A stretch of 64,000 nucleotides of DNA from Tagaea sp. (GCA_965279525.1 CBDIIB010000002.1:64001-128000); one strand, 5' to 3'. Counted from the first letter of the stretch, positions 52,493-61,755 are shown. The notes: generated by a model not told the origin, from the sequence alone. Numbers and translations are program-made.

Positions 52493-53183
52493 GCCCGCCG
52501 CGCGCGATCTGCGACCGGCGCGCACGTAGCCAGGCATCCAGGTCGAGCGACGGTTCCTGCTCGACGGCAGCCTGCGCGATGCCCTCGACGAGGGCCGCCA
52601 GCAATTCACGATCGCCGACAAGCCAGTCGGATCGCTCGATCGTCACGCGATAGCCGGCACGCGCGGCGATCCGCGCGAATGCGAACGGCGCCTGTGCGCC
52701 GAGTGCGGGGCCGAGGCCCTTTACCCGGCGCTGGTGTCGCGCGAACGCGCCGAGGACCGCGCCGTCCAGCGCATGCGGCACGGAGAATTCGTGGCGGCCA
52801 TCCACGGCCAGATGCATCAGCAGCGGCCGGCCACGCGCATGGCGCACGAGCCGGGCAAGCCACGCGAGGCCCGCAAGATCGATGAGGGCCGTCGAGACAT
52901 AGGCGTCCGCCTGCGGGAACCGGCCGCCGAGCGAGCGGCGGCATTTGCGCACGCGGGGGGCGAGCGACAGGAGGCGCGCATCGCCGTCGACAAGTGTCCA
53001 GTGCATGCCCTTGGGCAGCAGCGGACCGAGCCAGCCGGTCAACGCACCGCGTCCGGCACCTAGATCGACGACGTGCGCACGCGGCTTCAGGGTGCCGGCA
53101 AATCGCATCGCAAGCCTGCGGCTACGCGCGGCTGCATCCGCACCGGCCCGCAAGGCCAGCCAGTCGGCGGAGAAGCCGGTCAT
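52419..53183 (-). CDS. Class I SAM-dependent methyltransferase-like protein
   Basis: FSADWLALRAGADAAARS, VVDLGAGRG, WTLVDGD, ALIDL, HQRR..GLGPALG. ATGA overlap with the GT4 gene. Confidence 0.8.
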   Translation of the reverse strand: MTGFSADWLALRAGADAAARSRRLAMRFAGTLKPRAHVVDLGAGRGALTGWLGPLLPKGMHWTLVDGDARLLSLAPRVRKCRRSLGGRFPQADAYVSTALIDLAGLAWLARLVRHARGRPLLMHLAVDGRHEFSVPHALDGAVLGAFARHQRRVKGLGPALGAQAPFAFARIAARAGYRVTIERSDWLVGDRELLAALVEGIAQAAVEQEPSLDLDAWLRARRSQIARGGLSLRVGHRDVLAIRHRRRPTPHPA

Positions 53184-54199
53184 GGTGCGAACTCTTCGAT
53201 CGCCGCCCAGAGCCGGTTTGCTTGCATGCGCCAGTCGGGGAAGCGGAGTGCCGAGGCATTGCGGGCATATAGTCGTCCGGCCGGACCGAGCAGCCGGCGC
53301 AGCGCCCGGGCGAGTGCTGCCGGATCGGCGGGCCGTACCAGCAGCCCGGCGCGCGGCGGAACGACGAGCGGGACCGCACCGGCGCGCACGCCCGCGACGG
53401 GCAGTCCGTGGGCAAGTGCTTCGGCGAATGCCATCCCGTAGCCTTCGTGACGTGAGGCAAGCGCGAACACCGATGCCGCGCGGTAGTAGCTGGCGAGGCC
53501 CGCCATGTCGGTCTCGCCGGCAAGCCGGACGCGCCGGCCAAGGCCGAGGCCGCGGATGTCGGCGCGCACGCCGGCAGCACAGTGCGGGTCGCGGGTCGTC
53601 GAGCCGACGCACAGGCTTGTCCAGCGCAAGTCGCGCAGTCGGGCGAGCGCGCGCAGCAGCGTCCGGTGGTCCTTGCGTGGCGTCAGCGTGGCGACCGTCA
53701 GGATCGTCGGCGGGCGCCGGCGCGCTCTGGGGCGGCGGGCCGCATCGGTACCGGGATCGACCGCGCGGATGCGGGCGGCATCGAGACCCATGGCACCTAG
53801 ATCCTGCACGGTCGCAAGGCTCGTGGCGACGATACCGTCGAGCCGGCGCAGCATCGTTGCCTCGCGCGCGAGAAGGGTGCGCGAAGCGGCTAGTGCCAGC
53901 CCGGTTTCGAGGCCAAGCGGGTGGTGGACGAGGGCGATCGAATTTGCGACCGGCAGCAGATCGGCGAAGGCCGGCAGGGCGAGACCATCGATTAGCAGCG
54001 TCTCGCCCGACCTGCGTCGGGCAAGGCACGCGCGCGCGGCGGCGCTTGCGGCGTCATCGGCATCTGGGTAGCGGCCGGGAAGTTCCTCGAGCGCCACGTC
54101 ATGGCCCGCGGCCCGCCACTCGCCGAGCATGCGCGCGGCGTAGCGGTAGCCGCCGGTCGCCTGATCGATGCGCCCGGGCACGATCAGGCGCAACTTCAC
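53180..54199 (-). CDS. GT4-family glycosyltransferase
   Basis: ATGGYRY, IDGLA, LVHHPL, VATLTPRKDH, EGYGMAFAEALAHGLPV (Ex7E). GTGA overlap with the PTPS-family gene. Confidence 0.9.
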   Translation of the reverse strand: MKLRLIVPGRIDQATGGYRYAARMLGEWRAAGHDVALEELPGRYPDADDAASAAARACLARRRSGETLLIDGLALPAFADLLPVANSIALVHHPLGLETGLALAASRTLLAREATMLRRLDGIVATSLATVQDLGAMGLDAARIRAVDPGTDAARRPRARRRPPTILTVATLTPRKDHRTLLRALARLRDLRWTSLCVGSTTRDPHCAAGVRADIRGLGLGRRVRLAGETDMAGLASYYRAASVFALASRHEGYGMAFAEALAHGLPVAGVRAGAVPLVVPPRAGLLVRPADPAALARALRRLLGPAGRLYARNASALRFPDWRMQANRLWAAIEEFAP

Positions 54200-54600
54200 G
54201 GCAGGTCGGCCTCGTAGGCAGCCCAGGCGACGGGTGACTCGCGCAAGAGGACCTTCATGCTCGCGTAGACGCTTGCGGTCGCGGGCCCGAGCGAGTCCGC
54301 GGCGACCTTCCCCTTCAGCAGCTCGAAGATCAGCCCGGCGAGGAACTCGGTCGTCGTGTTGGTTCCCTTGAGTGGCTCGACATCGTCGAGATTGCGGTAG
54401 TCGAGCTCGTCGAGTGCTGCGCGCAGCGTGCGGCGCATCAGCCCGATATCGACGATCAGACCGTCGGCGTCGAGGCGCTTGCGGCGCAGTTCCCACTCGA
54501 CCACGAATGTGGCGCCGTGAACGCGCTGGGCCGGCCCGAAGATCTCGCCCTTGAAGGAATGGGCGACCATGATGTGGTCCTGGACGGTAAGGCTGTACAT
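54196..54600 (-). CDS. 6-pyruvoyl-tetrahydropterin synthase (COG0720) family protein, non-QueD subfamily
   Basis: HIMVAHSF, FGPAQRVHGATF, VDIG, YRNLDD, NTTTEFLA, LRESP. No CxxxHGH or ExxHGH motif. Confidence 0.88.
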   Translation of the reverse strand: MYSLTVQDHIMVAHSFKGEIFGPAQRVHGATFVVEWELRRKRLDADGLIVDIGLMRRTLRAALDELDYRNLDDVEPLKGTNTTTEFLAGLIFELLKGKVAADSLGPATASVYASMKVLLRESPVAWAAYEADLP

Positions 54601-54604
54601 TTTT

Positions 54605-55561
54605 CTATCCGTACGAAACGAGGGGAAGGGGCGAAGCGTCGGGTGCCGCGAGCAATCCGGCGTAGCGCTGCGGCAACTCGGCGAACGGCACCGGCGTGCC
54701 GAGGTCGATGCGGTTGGCCGGATCGGCAAGCAGGCGGAGTGCGAGAGCCAGCCGTGCCGAATGGCTGCGCGTGGCGCGCCGGGCCGGGCTGACCGATCCC
54801 ACCTGCGATGCCGAAAGCGTGAGACGGCGCGAATGGAACGCGCCGCCGAGCGCGACGGGCACTTCGCGCGTCCCGTACCAGGAAAGCTCGACGACCGTCG
54901 CCTCGAAACCTGCAAGGCCAATCGCGCGCTCGAGACCGGCCGCCGTGCCCGAGCAATGGAATACGAGATCGCAGTCGCCCGCACTTTCCGCCGCGACGTT
55001 CGCGCGCGCGCGCGCGGCGGGCGAGGGATCGATCCCGGCAAGCTCGATCCCCGGTGTTGCGGCAAGAAGGCGGGTCAGGCACAGGCCGACCGCACCCAAG
55101 CCGACGACGGCGACACGGTCGCCGACGCGCGGCGGATGGTCCCACAGCGCGTTGATCGCCGTCTCGAAATGGGCCGCGAGCGGAACGGCCGTGTCGGGGA
55201 CGCCGTCGGATACGGGCATCGCCGCTGCCGCAGGAACATCGAACAGGTCCTGGTGCGGGTGGAGCGCGAACACGCGCGTGCCCGCCGCATGCCCTTCACC
55301 GGCCACAACGATGCCGGAAGCGCAGTAGCCGTACTTGACCGGGAAGGCGAAGGAGCCGTTCTGGAACGGGGCGCGCATGCGGGCATGCTCGCCCGGCGGG
55401 ACGGCGCCCTCGAACACCAGCCGCTCGGTGCCGCGGCTGATGCCGGAGTATCGCGTCCGGATGCGGACATGGCCCGGTGCAAGCGGTCCCAGCTCGGTCT
55501 CGCGCAGTTCGCAGCGCCCGGCTCCCGAGATCCAGAAGGCGTGCGCGCGGTCAGTCGCCAA
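54605..55561 (-). CDS. MDR-family dehydrogenase lacking the usual catalytic-Zn ligands
   Basis: SGISRGTE, FPVKYGY, HPHQ, ETAINALWD, VVGLGAVG, ELSWYG, FHSRRL, SQVG. TTG start inferred. Confidence 0.85.
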   Translation of the reverse strand: MATDRAHAFWISGAGRCELRETELGPLAPGHVRIRTRYSGISRGTERLVFEGAVPPGEHARMRAPFQNGSFAFPVKYGYCASGIVVAGEGHAAGTRVFALHPHQDLFDVPAAAAMPVSDGVPDTAVPLAAHFETAINALWDHPPRVGDRVAVVGLGAVGLCLTRLLAATPGIELAGIDPSPAARARANVAAESAGDCDLVFHCSGTAAGLERAIGLAGFEATVVELSWYGTREVPVALGGAFHSRRLTLSASQVGSVSPARRATRSHSARLALALRLLADPANRIDLGTPVPFAELPQRYAGLLAAPDASPLPLVSYG

Positions 55562-56414
55562 GGCGGCACTCGAACAGCGTGTCGGCGCCCAGCGCGAAAC
55601 GGCGCGTGGGCGGGCGCAGGGCATCGTCGAGCCGGTCGATCGGCGGCAATGCGATCGACGGCCGGCCGGAGCCGATCACCATCGGTGCCACGGCGAGCTG
55701 CAGGCGGTCGACGCGCCCGGACGTCATGAAATGCGACACCGTCCGTCCGCCGCCTTCGACGAGTGCCAGGCGCACGCCGCGCGCATAGAGGGCGTCGAGA
55801 AGGGCGTCGAGATCCATCGCATCGCCCTTGCGCGGGACGAGCAGAGTTTCGGCGCCGTCCACCAAATCGCCGGCCTGACAGCGCGCCAGCAGCGTGGGGG
55901 CCCGGCCGTCGGTAAAGACCTTGCGCCCGGCGGGTGCACGCGCGTCGGGATCGACGACGACGCGAAGACGCGTCGTGCCCTCGCAGCGCCGCACGGTGAG
56001 CTGCGGATCGTCGAGGGCGACCGTACCGGCCCCCACGATCACCGCATCGGCGAGGGCGCGCACGCGATGCAGATGGAGGAGGGCGGCCTCGCAGTTGACG
56101 TAGTGCGAATGACCCGAGAGCGTGGCGATACGCCCGTCGAGGCTCTGGCCAAGCAGGGCCACGACCATCGTGCGCTTCGCACTCGCGCGCGCCGCGACGA
56201 GCGGCAGGAAAATCTCGAAAACGCTTTCGGCGTCGGGCGTGTACTTGCCTGCGCATTGCCAGCCGCCATCCTTCGCCAGCGCCAGCGGGCCGGCGCGGCC
56301 ATCGGGCGTTCCGGCAGCAAGCAGCTGACGCACGAGATTCCACGCATCCGTCCCGTCGATCGTTCGCGGGGCCGAGCGGATCGTGACCTGTGTCGGGGCA
56401 GAGCCGTCTTGCAT
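55551..56414 (-). CDS. Stand-alone RibD C-terminal (pyrimidine reductase) domain protein
   Basis: GQSLDGRIAT, HRVRALADAVIVGAGTV..DDPQLTVR, LVEGGG, APMVIGSG. No HAE/PCxxC deaminase domain. Start uncertain. Confidence 0.87.
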   Translation of the reverse strand: MQDGSAPTQVTIRSAPRTIDGTDAWNLVRQLLAAGTPDGRAGPLALAKDGGWQCAGKYTPDAESVFEIFLPLVAARASAKRTMVVALLGQSLDGRIATLSGHSHYVNCEAALLHLHRVRALADAVIVGAGTVALDDPQLTVRRCEGTTRLRVVVDPDARAPAGRKVFTDGRAPTLLARCQAGDLVDGAETLLVPRKGDAMDLDALLDALYARGVRLALVEGGGRTVSHFMTSGRVDRLQLAVAPMVIGSGRPSIALPPIDRLDDALRPPTRRFALGADTLFECRLGD

Positions 56415-56430
56415 GGGATGGGTCAATCTA

Positions 56431-56628
56431 TCACAACGGGCCGCCGGCCCCCCAGCGCAGCAGCCGGCCGGCCGGCGGGACCCACGCGATGCCCGCCACC
56501 AGATAGAAGACAAGATCGATTGCCCAGTGACCGGGCAGCATCCCGCCGAGCGTGACCGCCAGCGCGACATAGGCGGCCAGGAACGCGAGGATGGCGAGAA
56601 AACCGAGTGCCGATCGGGTGCTTGGCAT
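56431..56628 (-). CDS. Small two-TM membrane protein (DUF2842-like)
   Basis: R..LG..AIL.FL..Y, HWAIDLVFYLVAGIAWVPP. Confidence 0.65.
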   Translation of the reverse strand: MPSTRSALGFLAILAFLAAYVALAVTLGGMLPGHWAIDLVFYLVAGIAWVPPAGRLLRWGAGGPL

Positions 56629-56657
56629 GGCGCATATAAATGTTACGAATGCTGGAA

Positions 56658-57488
56658 ATGTCCAGCCCGAACGGTCCCCTTTCCGTCTACTACGACCGGC
56701 TTTCGCGTTACGGCGCGTGGGCGCGCCTGTTCGGGGGCGATGGCGGCTATGCCCGGGCGACGGTTCACCGTCTGTTGCGCAGCGACGACCCCGAAGTGGT
56801 GCCGGCCGAAGTCATACATTCACGCATTGCCGCACATGTTGCGGCTGCTCCGTCGGCCCGCGTCCTCGATGCCGGCTGTGGCCTTGGCGGCACCTGCTTC
56901 CATTTCGCCCGCAGGTTCGGGTCCGTCTGCGAAGGTCTGACCTTGTCGCCGACCCAGGCCGCACGCGCGACCCGGATGGCCGAGGCTCTGGGACTCTCGG
57001 CAAGCTGCCGATTCCGGGTGGCGAGCTACGACGATCCGCTGCCGGATGGTGCCTACGACCTGATTGTCGCGATCGAATCGCTGGCCCATTCGCCCGACCC
57101 GGCCCGCAGTCTTGCCAACCTCGCGCGCAGCCTTGCGCCCGGCGGTCGTGTCGTCGTCGTCGACGACGTACGCGAGATCGGGGCGGACATCGGCGATGCG
57201 GCGCGCTTCATGGCCGGCTGGCAGGCACCTGGATTCATCGACCATGCGCGGTGGCTGGCTGCCTTCGAAGCGGCTGGATTGCGCGTGGCCGCTGAGGAAG
57301 ACCTCACCGCGCGCGTCCCTGTCCGGCCGGTCGCCGCGCGCGAGACGCTGCTGGCGCTCAACCGGATCGTCTCACTGGTTCCGCATTCGGGCCTGCGCGG
57401 CGTGCTTGCCTCGCATCAAGGCGGACTGGCACTCGAACGGCTCTATTCGGCGGGCGGGGCCTCCTACCGCCTGTTCGTGGCGGTATAG
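56658..57488 (+). CDS. Class I SAM-dependent methyltransferase (sterol/tocopherol/CFA-like)
   Basis: VYYD, RVLDAGCGLGGT, GLTLSPTQ, YDLIVAIESLAH, LAPGG. Confidence 0.85.
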   Translation: MSSPNGPLSVYYDRLSRYGAWARLFGGDGGYARATVHRLLRSDDPEVVPAEVIHSRIAAHVAAAPSARVLDAGCGLGGTCFHFARRFGSVCEGLTLSPTQAARATRMAEALGLSASCRFRVASYDDPLPDGAYDLIVAIESLAHSPDPARSLANLARSLAPGGRVVVVDDVREIGADIGDAARFMAGWQAPGFIDHARWLAAFEAAGLRVAAEEDLTARVPVRPVAARETLLALNRIVSLVPHSGLRGVLASHQGGLALERLYSAGGASYRLFVAV

Positions 57489-57495
57489 TGCGGCC

Positions 57496-57789
57496 ATGCC
57501 GATTCGCGAGTCCCGCCCGCAGATGCAGTCCGCCGAGACGGTCGCGATCCAGGCGCTCGGCTGGATTGCCGGCGACGAAGAACGGCTGGGCCGCTTCATG
57601 GGGCTTGCCGGCCTTTCGGTCGACGAGCTGCGCGCGCGCGCCGGCGATCCGGAGTTCCTCGGCGGCGTGCTCGACTTCGTGCTGGAGAACGAGGCGCTGC
57701 TGGTCGAGTTCGCCGAAAGCGCCGGATTGAAGCCCGAGGCCGTGCTGCGCCTGCGCCGGCAACTGCCGGGCGCGCCCGTGTGGGAATGA
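57496..57789 (+). CDS. DUF3572-like protein
   Basis: AETVAIQALGWIA, RFMGLAGL, FLGGVLDFVL, LPG. Confidence 0.8.
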   Translation: MPIRESRPQMQSAETVAIQALGWIAGDEERLGRFMGLAGLSVDELRARAGDPEFLGGVLDFVLENEALLVEFAESAGLKPEAVLRLRRQLPGAPVWE

Positions 57790-60275
57790 ACGCGCCGCTG
57801 CCCATCGACGCGGTCCTCGGCGAGCTTTGTGCCGCACTCGCAAAGCGGCCCAACGCGGTTCTCGAAGCCCCGCCCGGGGCGGGCAAGACGACCAAGGTGC
57901 CGCTGGCGCTGCTCGACGCCGAATGGACGAAGGGGCGCAAGATCCTGGTGCTCGAGCCGCGGCGCATCGCCGCGCGCGCGGCGGCCCGGCGCATGGCGCA
58001 GATGCTGGGCGAGAATGTCGGCGAGACGGTGGGCTATCGCGTGCGCCTCGACAGCCGCGTGGGGCCTTCGACACGCATCGAGGCGGTGACCGACGGAATC
58101 TTCGCGCGCCGCATCCAGCGCGATCCCGCACTCGAGGATGTTGCGGTCGTGGTGTTCGACGAGTTCCACGAGCGTGGCCTTGAAAGCGATCTGGGGCTGG
58201 CGCTGGCGCTCGACTCGCAGGCCAATCTGCGGCCCGACCTGCGCCTTCTCGTGATGTCGGCGACACTCGACGGTATCGCGGTCGCGAGGCTATTGGGCGA
58301 TGCGGCCGTCGTGTCGTCGCAGGGGCGTGCCTTTCCCGTGGGCGTCGAATGGCAGGAGCGGCCGGAATTGCGCGACGTCGTCGATGCGACCGCACGCACG
58401 GTCCGCCGCGCACTTGCTGCAGGGCCCGGCGACGCGCTCGTCTTCCTGCCCGGCGTGGCCGAGATCCGGCGCACGGCAGAACGCCTTGACGGCCTTGGCG
58501 GCGATGTCGACGTGATGCCGCTCTATGGCGACCTGCCGGCCGAGGTGCAGGACCGCGCAATCCGGCCGAGCGTGCCGGGCCGGCGCAAGATCGTGCTCGC
58601 GACGTCGATCGCCGAGACGTCGCTGACGATCGACGGTGTCACGATCGTCGTCGATAGCGGCCTGAAGCGTGCACCGCGCTTCGATCCGCGCAGCGGCATG
58701 TCGCGGCTGGAGACAGTCCGCGTGAGCCAGGCTTCCGCCGAGCAGCGCCGCGGGCGCGCGGGCCGGTTGGGACCGGGCACGTGCTGGCGCCTGTGGGGCG
58801 AAGCCGAGCACCGCCAGCTTGCCCTTTTCGACCGGCCGGAGATCGCCGAAGCGGATCTGGCACCGCTCGCCCTCGAACTAGCGGCCTGGGGGATCGCCGA
58901 TCCCGCGACGCTCGCACTGCTGGATCCGCCGCCGGCCGCTTCCTTCGCGCAGGCGCGCTCCCTGCTTGCCGATCTGGGCGCCATCGATGTCGGTGCGCGC
59001 ATCACGCCGCACGGACGCGCGATGGCCGATCTTGCCGCCCATCCGCGCCTAGCCCACATGATGCTGGCGGCGAAGGCACAGGGCCGGGCCGGTCTCGCGG
59101 CCGACATTGCCGCCCTCGTCGAAGAGCGCGACATCCTGCGCGGCTGCCGCGAGGCGGACATGCGCCTGCGTCTCGAGATCCTGCGGCGCGATTCCGAGAG
59201 CCGCCTTCCGCCGGGCGCGAGCATTGACCGGGGTGCCGTCGCACGCGTGCGCGAGGCGGCGCGCGTCTGGCGCCGGCGGCTCGACGTCAAGGGCGAGGAT
59301 GGGCTTTCGGCCGCCGGCTCGGTGCTCGCTTTCGCCTATCCCGATCGCATCGGCAGGCGACGGTCGGGTACCAATGCCAGCTTTCTGCTGTCGAACGGGC
59401 GGGGCGCCTTCTTCGCGGCACCCGAACCGATCGCGGCGGAAGACTGGATCGTCGCCGCGGAACTCGACGGCGGCGCACGCGAGGCGCGCATCTTCTCGGC
59501 ACTGCCGGTGACGCGCGCGGAAATCGAAGCCGACTTCGCCGATCGCATCGTGCGCGAACGGATCGTCGAGTGGGACGCGCGTACCGAGGCGATCGTCGCG
59601 GTCGAGCGCCGGCGGCTCGGCGCCCTGCTGATCGAGGAACGCCCGGCAAAGGATCTCGGTAACGACGAACGACAGGCCGCGATGATCGCCGGCATCCGCG
59701 CGATGGGCCTCGCCTGCCTGCCCTGGACGAAGGCCGGCGAGATGCTGCGCCAGCGCGTGTCGCTGCTGCGCCGCGTCGCGGGCGAATCCTGGCCCGACTG
59801 GTCGGACGAAGCCCTGCTGGCAACGCTCGGGACGTGGCTGGCCCCGTTCCTCGGCAAGGCATCGCGCCGCGCGCATCTTGCCGATCTCGACATCGGCGAC
59901 GCGTTGCTTGCAAGCCTCGACTGGGCGCAGCGAAAGGCGCTCGACACGCTTGCCCCCACGCATGTCGAAGTGCCGACTGGCAACCGCATCGCGCTCGATT
60001 ATTCCGTCGATCCGCCGGTGCTCGCCGTCCGCTTGCAGGAGATGTTCGGATGCCGCGACACGCCGGCACTTGCAGGCGGCAAGGTACGGGTAGTCCTGCA
60101 TCTGCTCAGTCCCGCCCGCCGGCCCGTGCAGGTGACGCAGGATCTGGCCGGATTCTGGCGCGGCACCTACAAGGACGTGAAGCGCGACCTCAAGGGCCAG
60201 TATCCAAGGCATGTCTGGCCCGACGATCCGCTTGTCGCGACACCGACGGCGCGCGCCAAGCCGCGGGGGACGTGA
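57786..60275 (+). CDS. hrpB: ATP-dependent RNA helicase HrpB
   Basis: APPGAGKTT, EPRRIAA, DEFHER, MSAT, ATSIAETSLTIDG, QRRGRAGR, C-terminal LLSPARRPVQVTQDLAGFW...YPRHVWPDDP. Confidence 0.96.
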   Translation: MNAPLPIDAVLGELCAALAKRPNAVLEAPPGAGKTTKVPLALLDAEWTKGRKILVLEPRRIAARAAARRMAQMLGENVGETVGYRVRLDSRVGPSTRIEAVTDGIFARRIQRDPALEDVAVVVFDEFHERGLESDLGLALALDSQANLRPDLRLLVMSATLDGIAVARLLGDAAVVSSQGRAFPVGVEWQERPELRDVVDATARTVRRALAAGPGDALVFLPGVAEIRRTAERLDGLGGDVDVMPLYGDLPAEVQDRAIRPSVPGRRKIVLATSIAETSLTIDGVTIVVDSGLKRAPRFDPRSGMSRLETVRVSQASAEQRRGRAGRLGPGTCWRLWGEAEHRQLALFDRPEIAEADLAPLALELAAWGIADPATLALLDPPPAASFAQARSLLADLGAIDVGARITPHGRAMADLAAHPRLAHMMLAAKAQGRAGLAADIAALVEERDILRGCREADMRLRLEILRRDSESRLPPGASIDRGAVARVREAARVWRRRLDVKGEDGLSAAGSVLAFAYPDRIGRRRSGTNASFLLSNGRGAFFAAPEPIAAEDWIVAAELDGGAREARIFSALPVTRAEIEADFADRIVRERIVEWDARTEAIVAVERRRLGALLIEERPAKDLGNDERQAAMIAGIRAMGLACLPWTKAGEMLRQRVSLLRRVAGESWPDWSDEALLATLGTWLAPFLGKASRRAHLADLDIGDALLASLDWAQRKALDTLAPTHVEVPTGNRIALDYSVDPPVLAVRLQEMFGCRDTPALAGGKVRVVLHLLSPARRPVQVTQDLAGFWRGTYKDVKRDLKGQYPRHVWPDDPLVATPTARAKPRGT

Positions 60276-61075
60276 TGCTGGCCGAGATGCTGCTCTACCG
60301 GCTCACGCGCGCGGAACCTTGGGCCGATGCGCTTGGATATCGCGAGGGTGCCGTGCGGCTCTGGTCGCGCCATGGCCGCTGCAAGCGGGCATGGGCGCCG
60401 CACCTTGAGAACACGCGGCGGATTGTCGCCGAAGCCGCGCACGCGGCACCCGGCAGGCGGACCGCTTTGGTCTTCGGCTCGGGCCTGCTTGCCGACCTGC
60501 CGCTCGATGTCCTGGTCGCGAAATTCGAGAGGATCGTTCTGGTCGATGTCGTGCACTTGCCGACGGTGCGCTGGCGCACGCGGCGGCTGGCGAATGTCGA
60601 GCATGTCGTCGCCGACCTGTCGGGCGTTGCACGCGGGCTTGCGGCCGGGCCTTCCGGCATGCCGCCCGACCCGGGAAGCGATTTCGGACTCGACGACGGT
60701 TCTGTCGATTTCGTCGTTTCGCTCAATCTCGCCTCCCAACTACCGATCGCCCCTGTCGACTGGCTGGAGCATCGCCGTGGCTGGACCGAGGCGGCGGCAG
60801 CGGCCTATGGCGGCCGGATCGTTGCCGCGCATTTCGCGCATCTGCAGGGCTTTCGGGCACCGGTCTGCGTGATCGCGGACCGGTCGCGCATCTATCTCGA
60901 CCGGGACGGCCGGACAATCGAGACCGACGACGCGCTTTGCGGGTTCGTGCCGCCCCCGGCCGACGCCAATTGGGACTGGGACCTGGCGCCGCTGGGCGAG
61001 CACGACCGGAACTATGCGATCCGCAACCGCGTGTTTGCCATTCGAGAGCTGCGCGATCTCCATACAATCGTGTAA
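60275..61075 (+). CDS. Hypothetical protein with SAM-methyltransferase-like motifs
   Basis: TGATG coupling to hrpB. ALVFGSG (motif I-like), IVLVD, ADLSG, DFVVSLNLASQL. Confidence 0.7.
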   Translation: MLAEMLLYRLTRAEPWADALGYREGAVRLWSRHGRCKRAWAPHLENTRRIVAEAAHAAPGRRTALVFGSGLLADLPLDVLVAKFERIVLVDVVHLPTVRWRTRRLANVEHVVADLSGVARGLAAGPSGMPPDPGSDFGLDDGSVDFVVSLNLASQLPIAPVDWLEHRRGWTEAAAAAYGGRIVAAHFAHLQGFRAPVCVIADRSRIYLDRDGRTIETDDALCGFVPPPADANWDWDLAPLGEHDRNYAIRNRVFAIRELRDLHTIV

Positions 61076-61131
61076 ATTCACCGAGTCGCTTCGATTCGGC
61101 GGTCGTCATGTCCGCCTCCGGGAGATTCGGG

Positions 61132-61752
61132 ATGTCGCGCTTGAAGATCGCCGTCTTGACGATCGTGCTGTCGATCTGGGCCGTCGGCGCGGCAGCGCAG
61201 GACCTGCGGTCGGGTCTCGATGCGATCAAACGTGGAAACTGGGCCGCCGCATTGCAGGAACTTGGCCCACTTGCCGAATCCGGAAGTGCTCCGGCGCAAT
61301 ACGCGCTCGGCACGATGTACGCCAACGGCGACGGCGTGGGCGTCGATCTTCCGCGCGCCGAGAGACTGCTGCGTCAGGCCGCCCAGGGCGGCGAGTGGCG
61401 CGCGCGCGCACATCTCGAATTCATGCGGGTCTCGGGCCAGCTCTCGCCGACGACGCCCGGCGGTACGATGTCTGCGGCCGCAGCGACCGGTATCGGCGGC
61501 GACGCCTGGCGGGTGCAGCTAGCGACCGTTCCGACGCCGGATCTGGCACAGCGCGAGTTCCGCCGCCTGTCGCGGCAGTTCGGCGAGCTTCTGGCCGGCA
61601 CGGATCTTCTTGCGCCGCCGTTCACGATGCCTGACGGCGCGCAGGTCGTGCGCGTGCAGGCGGGCCCGCTCAGCGAGACGCGCGCGCGCGACATCTGCGC
61701 CAGACTGCGCGATCTCAATGCCGGTTGCCGGGTCATCCGGCCCGAAGGCTGA
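61132..61752 (+). CDS. Secreted Sel1-repeat + SPOR domain protein
   Basis: Signal peptide, AQYALGTMYANGDGVGVD..AE....AA.GG (Sel1), WRVQLA...RVQAGP...A..IC..L......C (SPOR). Confidence 0.85.
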   Translation: MSRLKIAVLTIVLSIWAVGAAAQDLRSGLDAIKRGNWAAALQELGPLAESGSAPAQYALGTMYANGDGVGVDLPRAERLLRQAAQGGEWRARAHLEFMRVSGQLSPTTPGGTMSAAAATGIGGDAWRVQLATVPTPDLAQREFRRLSRQFGELLAGTDLLAPPFTMPDGAQVVRVQAGPLSETRARDICARLRDLNAGCRVIRPEG

Positions 61753-61755
61753 AAC

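Noticed and set aside
54196-54600. Calling this gene queD to complete the queuosine pathway
   Set aside because: It lacks CxxxHGH and sits in an unrelated operon.
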